Source: Gordius albopunctatus (lineage: Eukaryota). From it: DNA of 64,000 nucleotides. The notes under the pieces were generated by a model that was not told the origin of the DNA, ran no database searches, and worked only from the letters and a program-made list of their open reading frames with translations. The stretch lies in NCBI GenBank assembly GCA_964276515.1, contig OZ193909.1, positions 186,001-250,000 on the forward strand, given 5' to 3'. Below, one piece after another: positions 24,134-36,200 of this stretch (within the stretch, counting starts at the first letter, position 1; every line of letters begins with the position of its first letter). A program made the position numbers and the translations under genes.

Positions 24134-26842
24134 ATGTCTTCGTGGGATAAAATGATCGCTGATGTGGGGGCCCTTTTTGAACACGACAGAGTGAATATCG
24201 ACGAATTAAATTTCATTCTTCAAAACTACAAATCGGATGAAAAGGATTGGGGCCCTTACGCCTATTTTGACCCATACAGGTGACATCATTTTGAATATCT
24301 CTCTCAGGTTCATTTGAACAGAATAAGGGACTGTTGGCATCTGACTAATATTATATTATATTCAGTTATTAGTTGCAATATGTTTATTATTATTAATTTA
24401 AGTCTTAATATAAAATAATTGATAAAATAAATAATTTTCATATATCTTACCAGTAATTCAAGCCACACATTAGCATTTTTAAATTAATATTATTATTAGT
24501 TTATGGCTTGAGACGCTAAGGATGACCAAATATCATGGGCGTAGCCAGCCCCCCCCCCCCCCCCCCCATAAACGGGAAAAACAATTTTTCCAATGCAAAA
24601 ACCGTTAAAAATTAAAATAATTTAGGTTTCGCCCCCCCCCCCCGCCCCCAATCCAAAACCTGGCTACGCCAATGCCAAATATAATATATCTTTTTCGTAA
24701 TTCCAAAACGAATGTAACTTAGTTATAATAAATATAATTTAATTATTCGCTTATTTTGGCTTGATAAATGTTTATCTCAGATTTTGTATAAATGCCTCAG
24801 TATTTAAATTGAACTTTTTCTAGAAAAAACAACTCTTTTATTCATTTTCACTGGAGGAGCGTTGTTAGGAGATCGACATTTTGGATTATTAAAATAATAA
24901 TATATCTCTTAAATTTTTATTTATCGCGTGTCTTCTTCGCGTGCAAATTATTTTCTAAATAAGTTAGACATTTCGAATTTTAGGCCCAATATTAAAGTTA
25001 GAAATAATAGTATGGGTATTAATTATTGCTATAATTGTTTTTAATTTTTCTCGTGGCTTGACAGTTTGTCCAATAAGTTCCCGATTAAACCAACAACTTT
25101 GCGCCCAATTTATAAAAGTAAAGTGGGCTTAAAAATAGGAGTTTGACATTACAAAGCAAACTTGATGAGCCTATGAATATCTAATTGCTATTTAGACCCA
25201 ATAATACAATTTATTAATTTTTAATAGCTTAGATTACCGGCTCCCTAAATTTTAATCCTTATATTAATAAAAAAGGGTATACTGTTAAATAAATCGTAGA
25301 ATATTTTTTGCCTCGTATACAAAAAATCAATATGATGATGTTTGATGCCAATATGTAATAAATGGTATTATAGGTACACGAGAAATCTGATAGATAAAGG
25401 GAACGGGAAATACAATTTAATGCTCTTGTGCTGGGGACCTAATATGGCTAGCAGCATACACGACCACTCAAATTCGCATTGTTTCGTTAAGGTAGCCAAC
25501 TCACAAAACGTTTTTACATCTTTTCATTTTGTTACTACTATAAATTGAATGCTCGTTGACATTTGTTGTTGGTTTTAACCACATACCATTTTCATACACT
25601 TCTTAAATGACAATCGTCAAATTTATCTTCAAGGCCAGACGACCCTATCCCTTTTTACAACTCTTCTCAAATCTCTCATTTTTTTCCATTTAAATTTGGT
25701 GTGGTAGTAGTTAGTGTGCGTGCATGCTTGGGTTTAATTTAGAAGTAGCCTTTAATTTATGTGATGTGATGATGATAGGTCCTGCAAGGAAGACTGAGCG
25801 AAGAATTATATCAGCTCGTTCATGATTTCGACGAGGCCAAAACTTTCAAAATAGGACACAACATATACGTCAAGGATCAAGTCTCCTACATCAACGGTTA
25901 ATTCTTATCATCACATTACATCTATCTTGTAATTCACATGAGCGAGCGTAGCCAGCAGGGATCCAATAATAATCCTTTAAGATTCATTAAACCTATGGGG
26001 CGGCTTGTTATAACTTGCCCCTACCTCCTAAATCAATGTTGCTCCCCTCTAGATTCAATCTTGGCCAAGTCCATTAAAAGATAGCTTGTTGATTGTATTA
26101 ATTCAATCAAGATCATCCCGTTAACGCGGTATAAGTTTCCTTTATTCTCTCCAAAATTGTGAATTTTATGTTTTAGCATTCAATTATATTTTCATGATGA
26201 TGTAATACAGATACGATAGGGCTGCATCGTATGGCGAATCAAGATAGTGTAGTGCCTGCGGTCAGTTTGCATTTGTATTGTCCACCATTCGATAGTTGTC
26301 GCACTTTTGACGATCGGACTGGCAGGGTTGACAAATGTCGTGTCGTATTTTACAGTCAATTTGGGACCAGGATAGGAGCCGTAAGCTTTTATAACTCACG
26401 CTTCAAATAGGAAGGGGGGGGCAAGATTATATAAGGTTTGTAAAGTTTTATATATATGTATCTGTGAAAAATTTAATTAAGGAGTACATTAGATTTTTGA
26501 TGGAGCTTTACAATCATTACTCTAGGTTAGGAAATAAATCTTTCTCGCAAAGATAATATCTATAACAATAACTATTTTGATTAAAATTAACTTGATTAAT
26601 ATCAAAGTTAAAATATGAGGTATTTATTTATTTGGCTATTTTAATATTGAATGACAACTATTTAGATGATAGGACCAGATATGGATAGAATTAATCAGGT
26701 TACAAAATTTTTATATACATATAAAACTTATTTATTATACTCACTTCTATTAGATAAATGTCCAACTCTATTAATCATTAAAATTTTTGAATTTGTGCAG
26801 AAACCAACTGAAGTCAGACCACCTTTTATCGAAACCAAATGA
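24134..26842 (+). CDS. CDO1: Cysteine dioxygenase type 1; exons 24134-24279, 25374-25491, 25779-25896, 26211-26380, 26801-26842
   Basis: [37 protein letters not shown] and [10 protein letters not shown] give the 3-His iron triad plus the Cys/Tyr cross-link residues. Confidence 0.96.
24534..24674. mobile_element. Short hAT-type MITE (CATGGGCGTAGCCAG family) in CDO intron 1
   Basis: TIR CATGGGCGTAGCCAG/CTGGCTACGCCAATG and perfect 8-bp TSD CCAAATAT. Confidence 0.92.
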
Positions 26843-27269
26843 AGGCAGAATATACAAAATAGTTAACTTTAATGTTTTACTTGATATTGTTTTGTGTAAT
26901 TTTATTTATATATATATTAGTATTTATTTAATTTTACCCAGATTTAAACTTTTAAAAACTATTATTTATCGTTTTACCTCTCACACGTTTTATAATTTGC
27001 AAGTTTAGTTGAAGAATTTGTTGACAGCCAAAATAATAATTTATCATGTCATTTACCATATATATTGCTAGCCAAGCATAATTTAAAATTTCAAAGATGT
27101 TTTTATAAGCATGCTAAACATTAATTAAACCTTAATAGATCTCTGATAATAATATTTTTAATTACTATTTAAATGTAACTTATAGCAACTGTTAAAATTT
27201 CATATTTTTCAACTATTTAAACAGATTTGGTGTAAATTAGGCCTTCTAATTTTTGAGGTTAACAAGTCT

Positions 27270-27860
27270 ATTTTTAAGAAAACAAAATTACACATACAAG
27301 CATAAACAAAAAAGACATATCGGTTAAATACAAAGATCTTTATCATTTTCGTCTAAAATAAGCCAAGAGCAGGCAAATGATTTAAAGTTATATCTTGCTT
27401 GAGTGAGAAACGTGGAAACTTTAGATGATTTCCTTTGATAAAATATATGGCCTGTTTCTTAAAAGAACGAGAGCATGAATGAGGCAACAACCGGGATAGA
27501 ATTTTTGAATACCAAAAAAGGCAGAATATTTTGTTGTTTTAAATTCCTCGCGAAGGCGATCGGGTTATTAGTAAAATGAGAAGGAGCAAAAAGGTGGAAA
27601 CCTGTAAAATGCCATTTGAAGGATAAGCCATTTTGGCAGACCTTTCAGAGAAGGACTTGAGGGCTCAAAATTTAGGGGGCTTTTGACTTTTTAAGGGCAG
27701 GATTTAAATTTATTTGCAAGGCAGTGAGTGTAGAGGGGGTGCCAGGCATATTTGTATACTAGGCTAGGACAACGGCGACAAGAAAATTCTTTAGTATAAC
27801 TAATTATTACCGACTAGATATATTTATCTAAAAATAATATTAAATTTTCCATCCTTGGAG
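27270..27860 (-). mobile_element. Decayed 3' fragment of the CRE-like retrotransposon
   Basis: The reverse complement parallels 58700-59330 (ARHPLH, LKKSKAP.ILSP, GLSFKW.F, ILPFLVFK). Confidence 0.8.
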
Positions 27861-28859
27861 TTTTTATTAACTAGACGGCGAAAAATTAAGAGAGAATATG
27901 TAGTACATTAATAAAAAATTCATAATTAATTTCACTCAAAGATCAATATATAACTTAATATTTTGATAATAAACCCAGTGCTGTCAATAAAATACTTAAC
28001 ATAATATCATCACCCTAATTTAATAAGTTTTTATTAATGCATAAAACAAAAGTTCAAATATAAAAGAGCATTATTAAAACCTCTCACTATTTTTACTTTT
28101 CCAGGAGGCATAGGGGGAAATTTTTATGTAGGTTAGGGTTAGTTGTTCATTCAACAAATTAGGAGTGACTGAATTGCATAATATCACCACAGTATTATTT
28201 ATTAGTATAAGAGATACGAACATAAATGCAACACATTATAAACGATTGGGGGGAGTTTACATGAGAGGGTAGTGAAGAAAGGGGTCACCAATGTTAGGGT
28301 TAAGCGACATTTGAACCGCGGCTAAGTCTAGTCACAAAACATTATATACACATTAATAAGTACACGTACAGAGCAGAGATAGATCATTTCGTTTTAATTT
28401 ACAAATAATGCACTGCATTTTATTGACATTTTTTAGTGTTGAAAGCATAATTTAAGGAGATTTTGAGATTCCTGGCGAGCTTCGGTCGATTTGTTGGATG
28501 AATCAAATTGATTTCCTCCTTTAAATAAAATTAATTATTTTTATATATTATTTATTGAAATGATAAGATTAATTCTTCTATCTCTAATTTATTCATTTTC
28601 TCATTTAAATATATACAATGGGCAGAAATGTATGCAAAAGTTATCAACTAACTTCAAAGAAGGTACCTAAATAATTGGATCCAACCCAACTGCACTCCTT
28701 TATTTATTCTCACAGTGGTAATGATTATACTATGGGCTCGTTTTTTGTTGTCCGTCCGTCGTCCACCAAGTTATTTACACCAGCTTCCCGACTTATAGGT
28801 TGGGGATCAAACCCGGAGAGGACAAAATTTTTTTATTTTTTTAAATTAAAATTATTTTC

Positions 28860-29095
28860 TTGTTAATACCATGGATAATATGACTTTTTGACCGTCCGCA
28901 GGCTACTGACCAATGAAAAAATGACCATTGGCCAAATAAATCCAAATTTTTCGTTTTTGAATAGGTTAACATTGATAATTACCCTATGCCCTCCCCTACA
29001 AGGGCCTATGCCTCTATGGGTCCCTGTGCTACAAAGGCTTATGCCTCTATTTAATGTGGGTTCTAATCCCGGCGAGGGCAATTTTTTTTATTAAA
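28860..29095 (+). repeat. Interspersed repeat ending in a B-box-like GTTC..ATCC motif and T-run; second copy at 60005-60220
   Basis: Shared TTAATACCAT..ATAATAT..CCAAT.GAAAAAATGACCA and GTTC(T/G)AATC(C/T)CGG(C/T)GAGGGCAA-T-run. Confidence 0.7.
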
Positions 29096-29408
29096 TGGAA
29101 AATTTGCATAATTAATTAACTAATCATTTTGCATTTAATACCCCTCTATAGGCATTTCTGCCCCTTTCCACTTTTCTCGCCCATAAATTGCATAGCAAAT
29201 ATGCTACGTTTATACGGACGGAGTATAGATGAGTTTCGTTCCCCCTTCCCACGAAGGCCCGAGTTTATTTTTAACCCTCGATCGCAAATTTTACTTTGAC
29301 TTACTCACTAATTATAGGTAAAATATTTTTTTATTTATTTCATCTTTACAAAATATGTATTTTATAAAAATAAAAGGTTCTCTTTCTCAAAATTTCGCTT
29401 GTTGTTAC

Positions 29409-32400
29409 TGTCGTGTCCCCACGGGACCGGGACAAGAAATAACTCAACCCGTACCCTAAATGCCCCTGCCTTGGTGTTAGGATTCCCTCATTAATTGAGT
29501 TAATTATGGATTAAGGAGGGGGGAGCAGGTGTAGTTATGCAGGGGATTGAGTATTGTATTCTCATAGTGAGGAGAGCGGTCAAGATTAAGCAGTTCAAAA
29601 AGATGTAAGAAAAGATAAGCTTAAAATGTGGCCGGAAAAGGCCTAGTAGATAAAGAGAAGTAAATGTAATAAATAAAGGGAACAGGCGGGGGTTAGAAAA
29701 CCTGGTGGTCATTATAAGAATCCCTGTTTCGAGTAAGAAAGAATTAATTAAAGGTTTGTTTTTATTTTTACAGTTAATTCCCCGTTGGGGGAATTACCGT
29801 ATCCTCTCTGACCTTACGAACCCCTGCGAAATTCCCTTCACGTCTAAAATACTACTATTATTATTATATATATTTTGTCATTGCTTTACGAAATTCCCTT
29901 CCTCGCTACCATCCCTAAGATAATTATAATTGCCACGCTAATTGTATACTATGACGTGACTTGTATCGAATATAAAGATCAAATAAAGTTCACTTATTGT
30001 AAATTGATTCTGGACTACGTTCACTCTCAATATAACCGAAAACATATAAGGCATCAATATTTAACGACCGGGATTAAGAGCCAAAATCCCCTGAAACTAT
30101 CACTCCAACCCTGACGTTACAGAATCCCTTGAACATAACCATTGACCAAGACAAACTTCAAACAGTTTTACTGAACAAAACAGTGGTGCCCCGGAAGCGA
30201 TACCCCACGACCTTACGAATAAGGGACTTATCAAAAACCGATGCAATATAAAGGTACCAAATAACGATGACATGTTTAAAATTATTATTCTTTTAATAAT
30301 TATAATAATACTTAATATAACTATTTTAACAAAAAAGCTTCTATTAAAATGTTTAATAAAGTTCCTCTTAGGATATATTTAGAATCAGTATGGTTGAAAC
30401 TGAATGTTTATATTGATGTTTTGCTAGTTTTTCTATTAGGCGTTCTCTTTGATAAATTATACGACGTACATTGATTTTTTATTGTAGTAATAATAGAACT
30501 GTATATAATCCAGTAATACCCAATTCCCCACCCCATAGAAATAATTTCAACACTTATAAAAATCCTAGGTGCATGAAATGCGGGATATTAGGGCACAGGG
30601 CGGAATTTTGCAAGAATAATTTTGAGTTTCCGAAATACAAAAGACAATAGGCGCCAATGTAACTATATATGTAAATACTATATTTAATGTAAAGTAATTT
30701 ATATTTAATTATTCTTACCATTATAAAGTATAACGAATTATAAATATAATTTTAATTCTACCCCCCAAATTCGCATATATATCCGCATACATATATACCC
30801 ATATTTAATCCTCCGATAACAACAGGCAGCGTTAGGTCAATACTCGTGGGCTAAAAATTGTAATAATAAAGACATTATAATATAATTATAAAGAATCCAT
30901 TCCACTTGAAAAATTAAGGGAGAATAACGTCTGTGGGAATTAAAATATCATCAAAATGTTGAGAATATTTTTGATTTGGATTTTTGGGATTATTGTTAAA
31001 ATAATAACCAATTCTAGACGATTCATTACTTTTAAAGTAAATTTATTATGTAAAGGACGAAAATACAAATTATGTGATCACACCGAAAACATCAAGCTAC
31101 ATGATAGCTTAATTATTAAAAATACTCTAAAAATGGGGTATGTCATATATAGGGAGGACAAGTACCATATGATTTATGGAAAGATTATAAATCGCGGGAG
31201 CGAGGCTAGTAGGCGTGAGGCGCGAGGAATCGATGTCAAGCCCTGGCAAACTTCCTGTACTGGTCCTTCATTATATAATATAAAATCGATCCCACTTATG
31301 TTGGGGCGATTACGAATTAATTGGTGTAATATTACCAATTTTAATGTTTCGGAATTTAGTGATCATAACTATTTGCATCCTTATGCGTATGTTGAATCGT
31401 TAACAACACCTAGGGACGTTAATGAAAACATATGTAAAACGGGAAGGTTTAAAATGTTAAAAAAAGGGTTTAAATGGGAAATAATTCTAGACACCTTAAA
31501 ATTAGCTCGACGAGTAAATGATGAGAACGCCTATGCCAAGGATAAAAATCGGGTCATTAAGTTGGAGTGTGGGTGTATGTGGAGGATATGGGCGAATTTT
31601 ATGTTTCTTTTAATTAAGGAGATTGATGTTAATTTAATAACAATAAAAAGCCAAAAATGTCGCAGCTTAGAAAAGGCGGGTAGAAATAAATGGAAAGAAA
31701 AATTCCTAAATTATGATAAAAAGAGTATTAAAGAAAATGATCCTTACCGTGAACTAGAAGTAAATGTTGTCAATGTAATTTTAGGTAAAATCCCTACCCT
31801 TGAAATACAATTAAATAATGGCCCCGTAACCTTTATTTTTGATACAGGTTCTTCTATAACGATCATAAGCAAAAGTGATTATTTTGCGAGTGGTATTCGG
31901 GGATTGTATACAGTATCTAAGATAGAGATACGCATATTAATGAAAAGGTGCGCTTGGTAGAGCCAATGAGGCGCGCTTAACCCTGGGAAATACCAGTAAA
32001 AAATTTAATTTTGCATCTGGCAAAAACGGGAACTTATTAGGGCTAGAAATATAAAATAAATTTAAATGGATTAAATTTATTAAAGGTGTTAATTTGATTG
32101 GGGTAGAAGTAATTTTTAATAAGAGGGTTGATGACATATGGGACAAATTTTCGTTAGTTTTTACAGGAATCAAGTTACATGAAAAATAAGCAGTTCGTTG
32201 GGTTGATAACTGGATCTCAATATGCGATTTAATCCATTCGTCTACTCATGAAGATTCGAAGGGGATCTCAAACAGAGGATGAAAAGACTCGACAGAAGCG
32301 AATGATACACATTATACATTAGCACCCTTTTACGCTTCTTATAAACCCCTATTTGTATGATTCCATTTACTCGCGACTCTGCATGTGCAATCCTCGTCTA

Positions 32401-33205
32401 AAAAAAAGGAAGGTGTCGTGTCCCCACGGGACCGGGACAAGAAATAACTCAACCCGTACCCTAAATGCCCCTGCCTTGGTGTTAGGATTCCCTCATTAAT
32501 TGAGTTAATTATGGATTAAGGAGGGGGGAGCAGGTGTAGTTATGCAGGGGATTGAGTATTGTATTCTCATAGTGAGGAGAGCGGTCAAGATTAAGCAGTT
32601 CAAAAAGATGTAAGAAAAGATAAGCTTAAAATGTGGCCGGAAAAGGCCTAGTAGATAAAGAGAAGTAAATGTAATAAATAAAGGGAACAGGCGGGGGTTA
32701 GAAAACCTGGTGGTCATTATAAGAATCCCTGTTTCGAGTAAGAAAGAATTAATTAAAGGTTTGTTTTTATTTTTACAGTTAATTCCCCGTTGGGGGAATT
32801 ACCGTATCCTCTCTGACCTTACGAACCCCTGCGAAATTCCCTTCACGTCTAAAATACTACTATTATTATTATATATATTTTGTCATTGCTTTACGAAATT
32901 CCCTTCCTCGCTACCATCCCTAAGATAATTATAATTGCCACGCTAATTGTATACTATGACGTGACTTGTATCGAATATAAAGATCAAATAAAGTTCACTT
33001 ATTGTAAATTGATTCTGGACTACGTTCACTCTCAATATAACCGAAAACATATAAGGCATCAATATTTAACGACCGGGATTAAGAGCCAAAATCCCCTGAA
33101 ACTATCACTCCAACCCTGACGTTACAGAATCCCTTGAACATAACCATTGACCAAGACAAACATCATCCATCGTTACCGGACTAAACAGTTTTACTGGACA
33201 AAACA
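29409..33205 (+). mobile_element. Non-autonomous LTR retrotransposon (Gypsy-like), LTRs 29409-30182 and 32414-33205
   Basis: Near-identical TG...CA LTRs, 5-bp TSD GTTAC (29404-29408, 33206-33210), PBS TGGTGCCCCG at 30184, PPT AAAAAAAAGGAAGG. CCHC knuckle (CMKCGILGHRAEFC, 30570-30611). Confidence 0.97.
30956..31960 (+). CDS. Internal ORF of the LTR element ending in a retroviral-type aspartic protease motif
   Basis: IFDTGSSITII near the C-terminus, frameshifted LLGLE downstream. No RT, RNase H or integrase. Confidence 0.7.
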   Translation: MLRIFLIWIFGIIVKIITNSRRFITFKVNLLCKGRKYKLCDHTENIKLHDSLIIKNTLKMGYVIYREDKYHMIYGKIINRGSEASRREARGIDVKPWQTSCTGPSLYNIKSIPLMLGRLRINWCNITNFNVSEFSDHNYLHPYAYVESLTTPRDVNENICKTGRFKMLKKGFKWEIILDTLKLARRVNDENAYAKDKNRVIKLECGCMWRIWANFMFLLIKEIDVNLITIKSQKCRSLEKAGRNKWKEKFLNYDKKSIKENDPYRELEVNVVNVILGKIPTLEIQLNNGPVTFIFDTGSSITIISKSDYFASGIRGLYTVSKIEIRILMKRCAW

Positions 33206-33277
33206 GTTACCCTCACTTAAATAAGATGATAACTCCATTGATGCAGGAATAATAGGGTTCAAAATATTAATGTGAAA

Positions 33278-36200
33278 TTAACAACAAAAACCCCAATTAC
33301 CCATGATATCGGTGTAACTGTATCGAAGCTTAAAGCGTTGGGTGCGTCGTTGAGGATTGATTTTGGCGCTGAGGAGTTCCAATTTGAGATCGATATTTTC
33401 CGAGATGACGTTGTCGTAATTTGCTATTTTGTCTATCATCCTCTCCATATTGAGGCCGTTTAAGTGGGAATCATAGAGGGTATCGTTTACATTCCACGTC
33501 ATCTTTTGAGCCCCTCTAAACACAAATACCATCATGCATAATTAATTTCGTAGCGAATGTACCAACTAAATAAAAAATTTGCACTTTATTTTAAAATACC
33601 TTTCATTCCCCTCCTTTGGTGATTAAGCGTGTGAAAGTAGGAAAGGAATGATATAATCCCCCCTTACTCCCTCATCCCAAAAACACCGAACAATCTAAGT
33701 CAAGATCTTTGAATTGTCCCAAAATTCAATTTGGAATAAAGAGAGTAGGGGACGATATTGCATAGATTTCGGCCAAAATTTAGAGTCAAGTAAAAATAGA
33801 GACCTCATGGCCGCCAGTCAAAATCATTTCTTGAAATACTTATTTAAATCTCAATATAATGAGGTAGAGATCATCACCCTACTTGTCACTGAGAATGGCA
33901 GCCAGAAATGCTTGCAGCCTTTCGTTGCGTTCCTTGACATATTTGATTTCCAACCTAACATTTTGTTGTGAAACACCGTTCTGAACGTAGTCAAAACCTG
34001 GATCCGAAGTGGCTAACATGGATTTGGCATTCAGAGCAAAGCATTCTCGTTGCAAACATTTTTCACGATGGGCCGCTTCGGTAAGGGCTCGTTTGGCTGT
34101 GGCGAGCAAAAGCGTTTTAACCTGTTCAACACATTCAGGAAAGCCTTAATATATATAACTTGATTAAAGCCGTAAGCTGGCAAAATTAGAGAAACTGATA
34201 CTTTATAAACTATTTCAAGATAAGCGAAATTCCTATTATCATCTATGTGCCCTTCCCTTATTGTGCCCACATTTCAAAATGGTGCAAAAGGGTACACCAT
34301 ATAACGCGGCGGATGAGCAGTCTTCCATCTCTCGTCCAAGGTAGTATTAAGGGAAAAACATTTATCATTGGGGGATGATGTAAAGAGAGTAAAACCTTCA
34401 ATTCTTTTTCCAAAGCCATGATGGTATTTTCGAAGGTTTCGTAGACGTAACGAGCTTTGTTAGTTTTGGGCAAAGTATGGTGATGGCCCTTGCATGCCTT
34501 GAGAGAGTTGTAATCGCTGGAAGGAGGCGTTAAGCGAGACTCAATCGCTCTCTCACCCTTACCACCAAAATCCTTTTGTATTAATGGAGGCGGTCCAAGG
34601 GCACAAGAACTGCAATCTATGCAATAGGCTTGAGAAAAGGAAGATGATTTCCTCCTCATCTTGGGGTCGGGATGCGAAGACAAGAAGGGTTGGCCCAATT
34701 TGAGATTTTGCAGCTCTTGTCGCAAGCTGGCTACTTCATTTCTCAGGCTTTGACACACTAGCCCCAGTCTGTAGTTGTCAGCCTAATAATTTACAAGGAT
34801 TTAAAACATTCAAATATAAGCGAATAATAAAATTGTTTCCACGAATTCAAACGATTTGAAACCAATGATCTATGATGATGTGACACTTTTATTACCATGC
34901 ATAATAATATATAAATTTCCCGAAGGACCGCGTCGAGTACAAATATCCGAGTTTATAGTTAGTGTGTGTTCTAGCATGTTTATAGCTACAAAAAATAAAT
35001 AAGCTAAAAAATACTTTGAATTGTACCATAAAATGCTAGATAGATGCCCCTTGAATTTATTCAATTCTGTAAAATAGAGTACTTAAAGAGGTAGTAAACT
35101 GTAATTAAAGGCACAAACCAAAATAGCCTCGTCGCCCGAGTGTTCTTGACTGGCTTCTCCTCGCTCTTTAATCTGCTCCTTAGTCGCGTCTCCGCTCGAA
35201 TTTAGGATGATATCGGCTAAACGCAATTAAACACATTTTTTGAGTGGATAACATAACCTCCAAAATCGCAGAAACAATAAAAAGGTAAAGCCCCCCCCCC
35301 ATCGGTAATTAGCTAGTCGCCTATTTGCGGGAGCAAAATAAAAGAAGTATCCTGCAGAAGCATAAGTCCACCCACAGGCACGGAAAAGCGGTATAAGTAT
35401 CCGCCGCACCAATTATTTAAAAATTACGAGTTGGACAGGACAACCAAAAGGGAGCCCATAATTGAGTTGCAATTAATGAAGGAATGTGTAGCGACGTAAT
35501 GATTACTCACTCGTTGCCTCCTCATTACAACTATGACGAGGAGGAGATGCAAGTTGTTCCAATGCTGTTTGTGTGTGCGCGTCTAGTAGCAGCAGCACCG
35601 ACTTCTCACCACTACGCCCCTCAAAGTTTCCTTCCAAAAACTTGGTTGCCAATTCATTTAGTCGATCCCTCAACTGGCTTATTATATTTTTCAGGACATT
35701 TATATCGTTGGGAAGACCCCTTATACGGTCATCATCGCGATGGTTGCAAGGATTCACAAATGTATCTACAGGAGGAGGTCCATTTGTTTTTTGCGTTGAC
35801 GGTACCTAAAAAATGAAAATACGATTTCAAGATGGCCGCCCATTCTAACCTCTAAATAGGGAATCTATTCTAAAAGCATCGGTCTTTGAAAGCCTCAATC
35901 GTGGAAAAATCAGTGATGAATGATTAAAAAGAGAGTGTTTATTTACTGTTATAATCAAATTGGCGAAAGTAAATATTAAAAGATGTAAAAGCCCAAAATA
36001 AAAGAACAACACCAAGAGTCATGTGTCAAAAAGGCAAACATTTCAAAAGATGGTATAATGACCATGGGTTTGGAAAGGTGTTGGTAACCATTTAGCGACC
36101 TCGGTTTATCTAATGTGACGCGCCTGCTCGGCTTATATCGTGATTTTGCACTAAGCACCGATCCGCTACTCCCTCTCGATTTGGGATTCCTTCGGATTGT

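Noticed and set aside
28128..28305. TTAGG/TTAGGG telomeric motifs
   Set aside because: Only one or two isolated units, consistent with chance or TE sequence.
29500..33119. Identical small ORF sets at 29500-30114 and 32505-33119 suggesting duplicated genes
   Set aside because: They lie within the two LTRs and show no recognisable domains.
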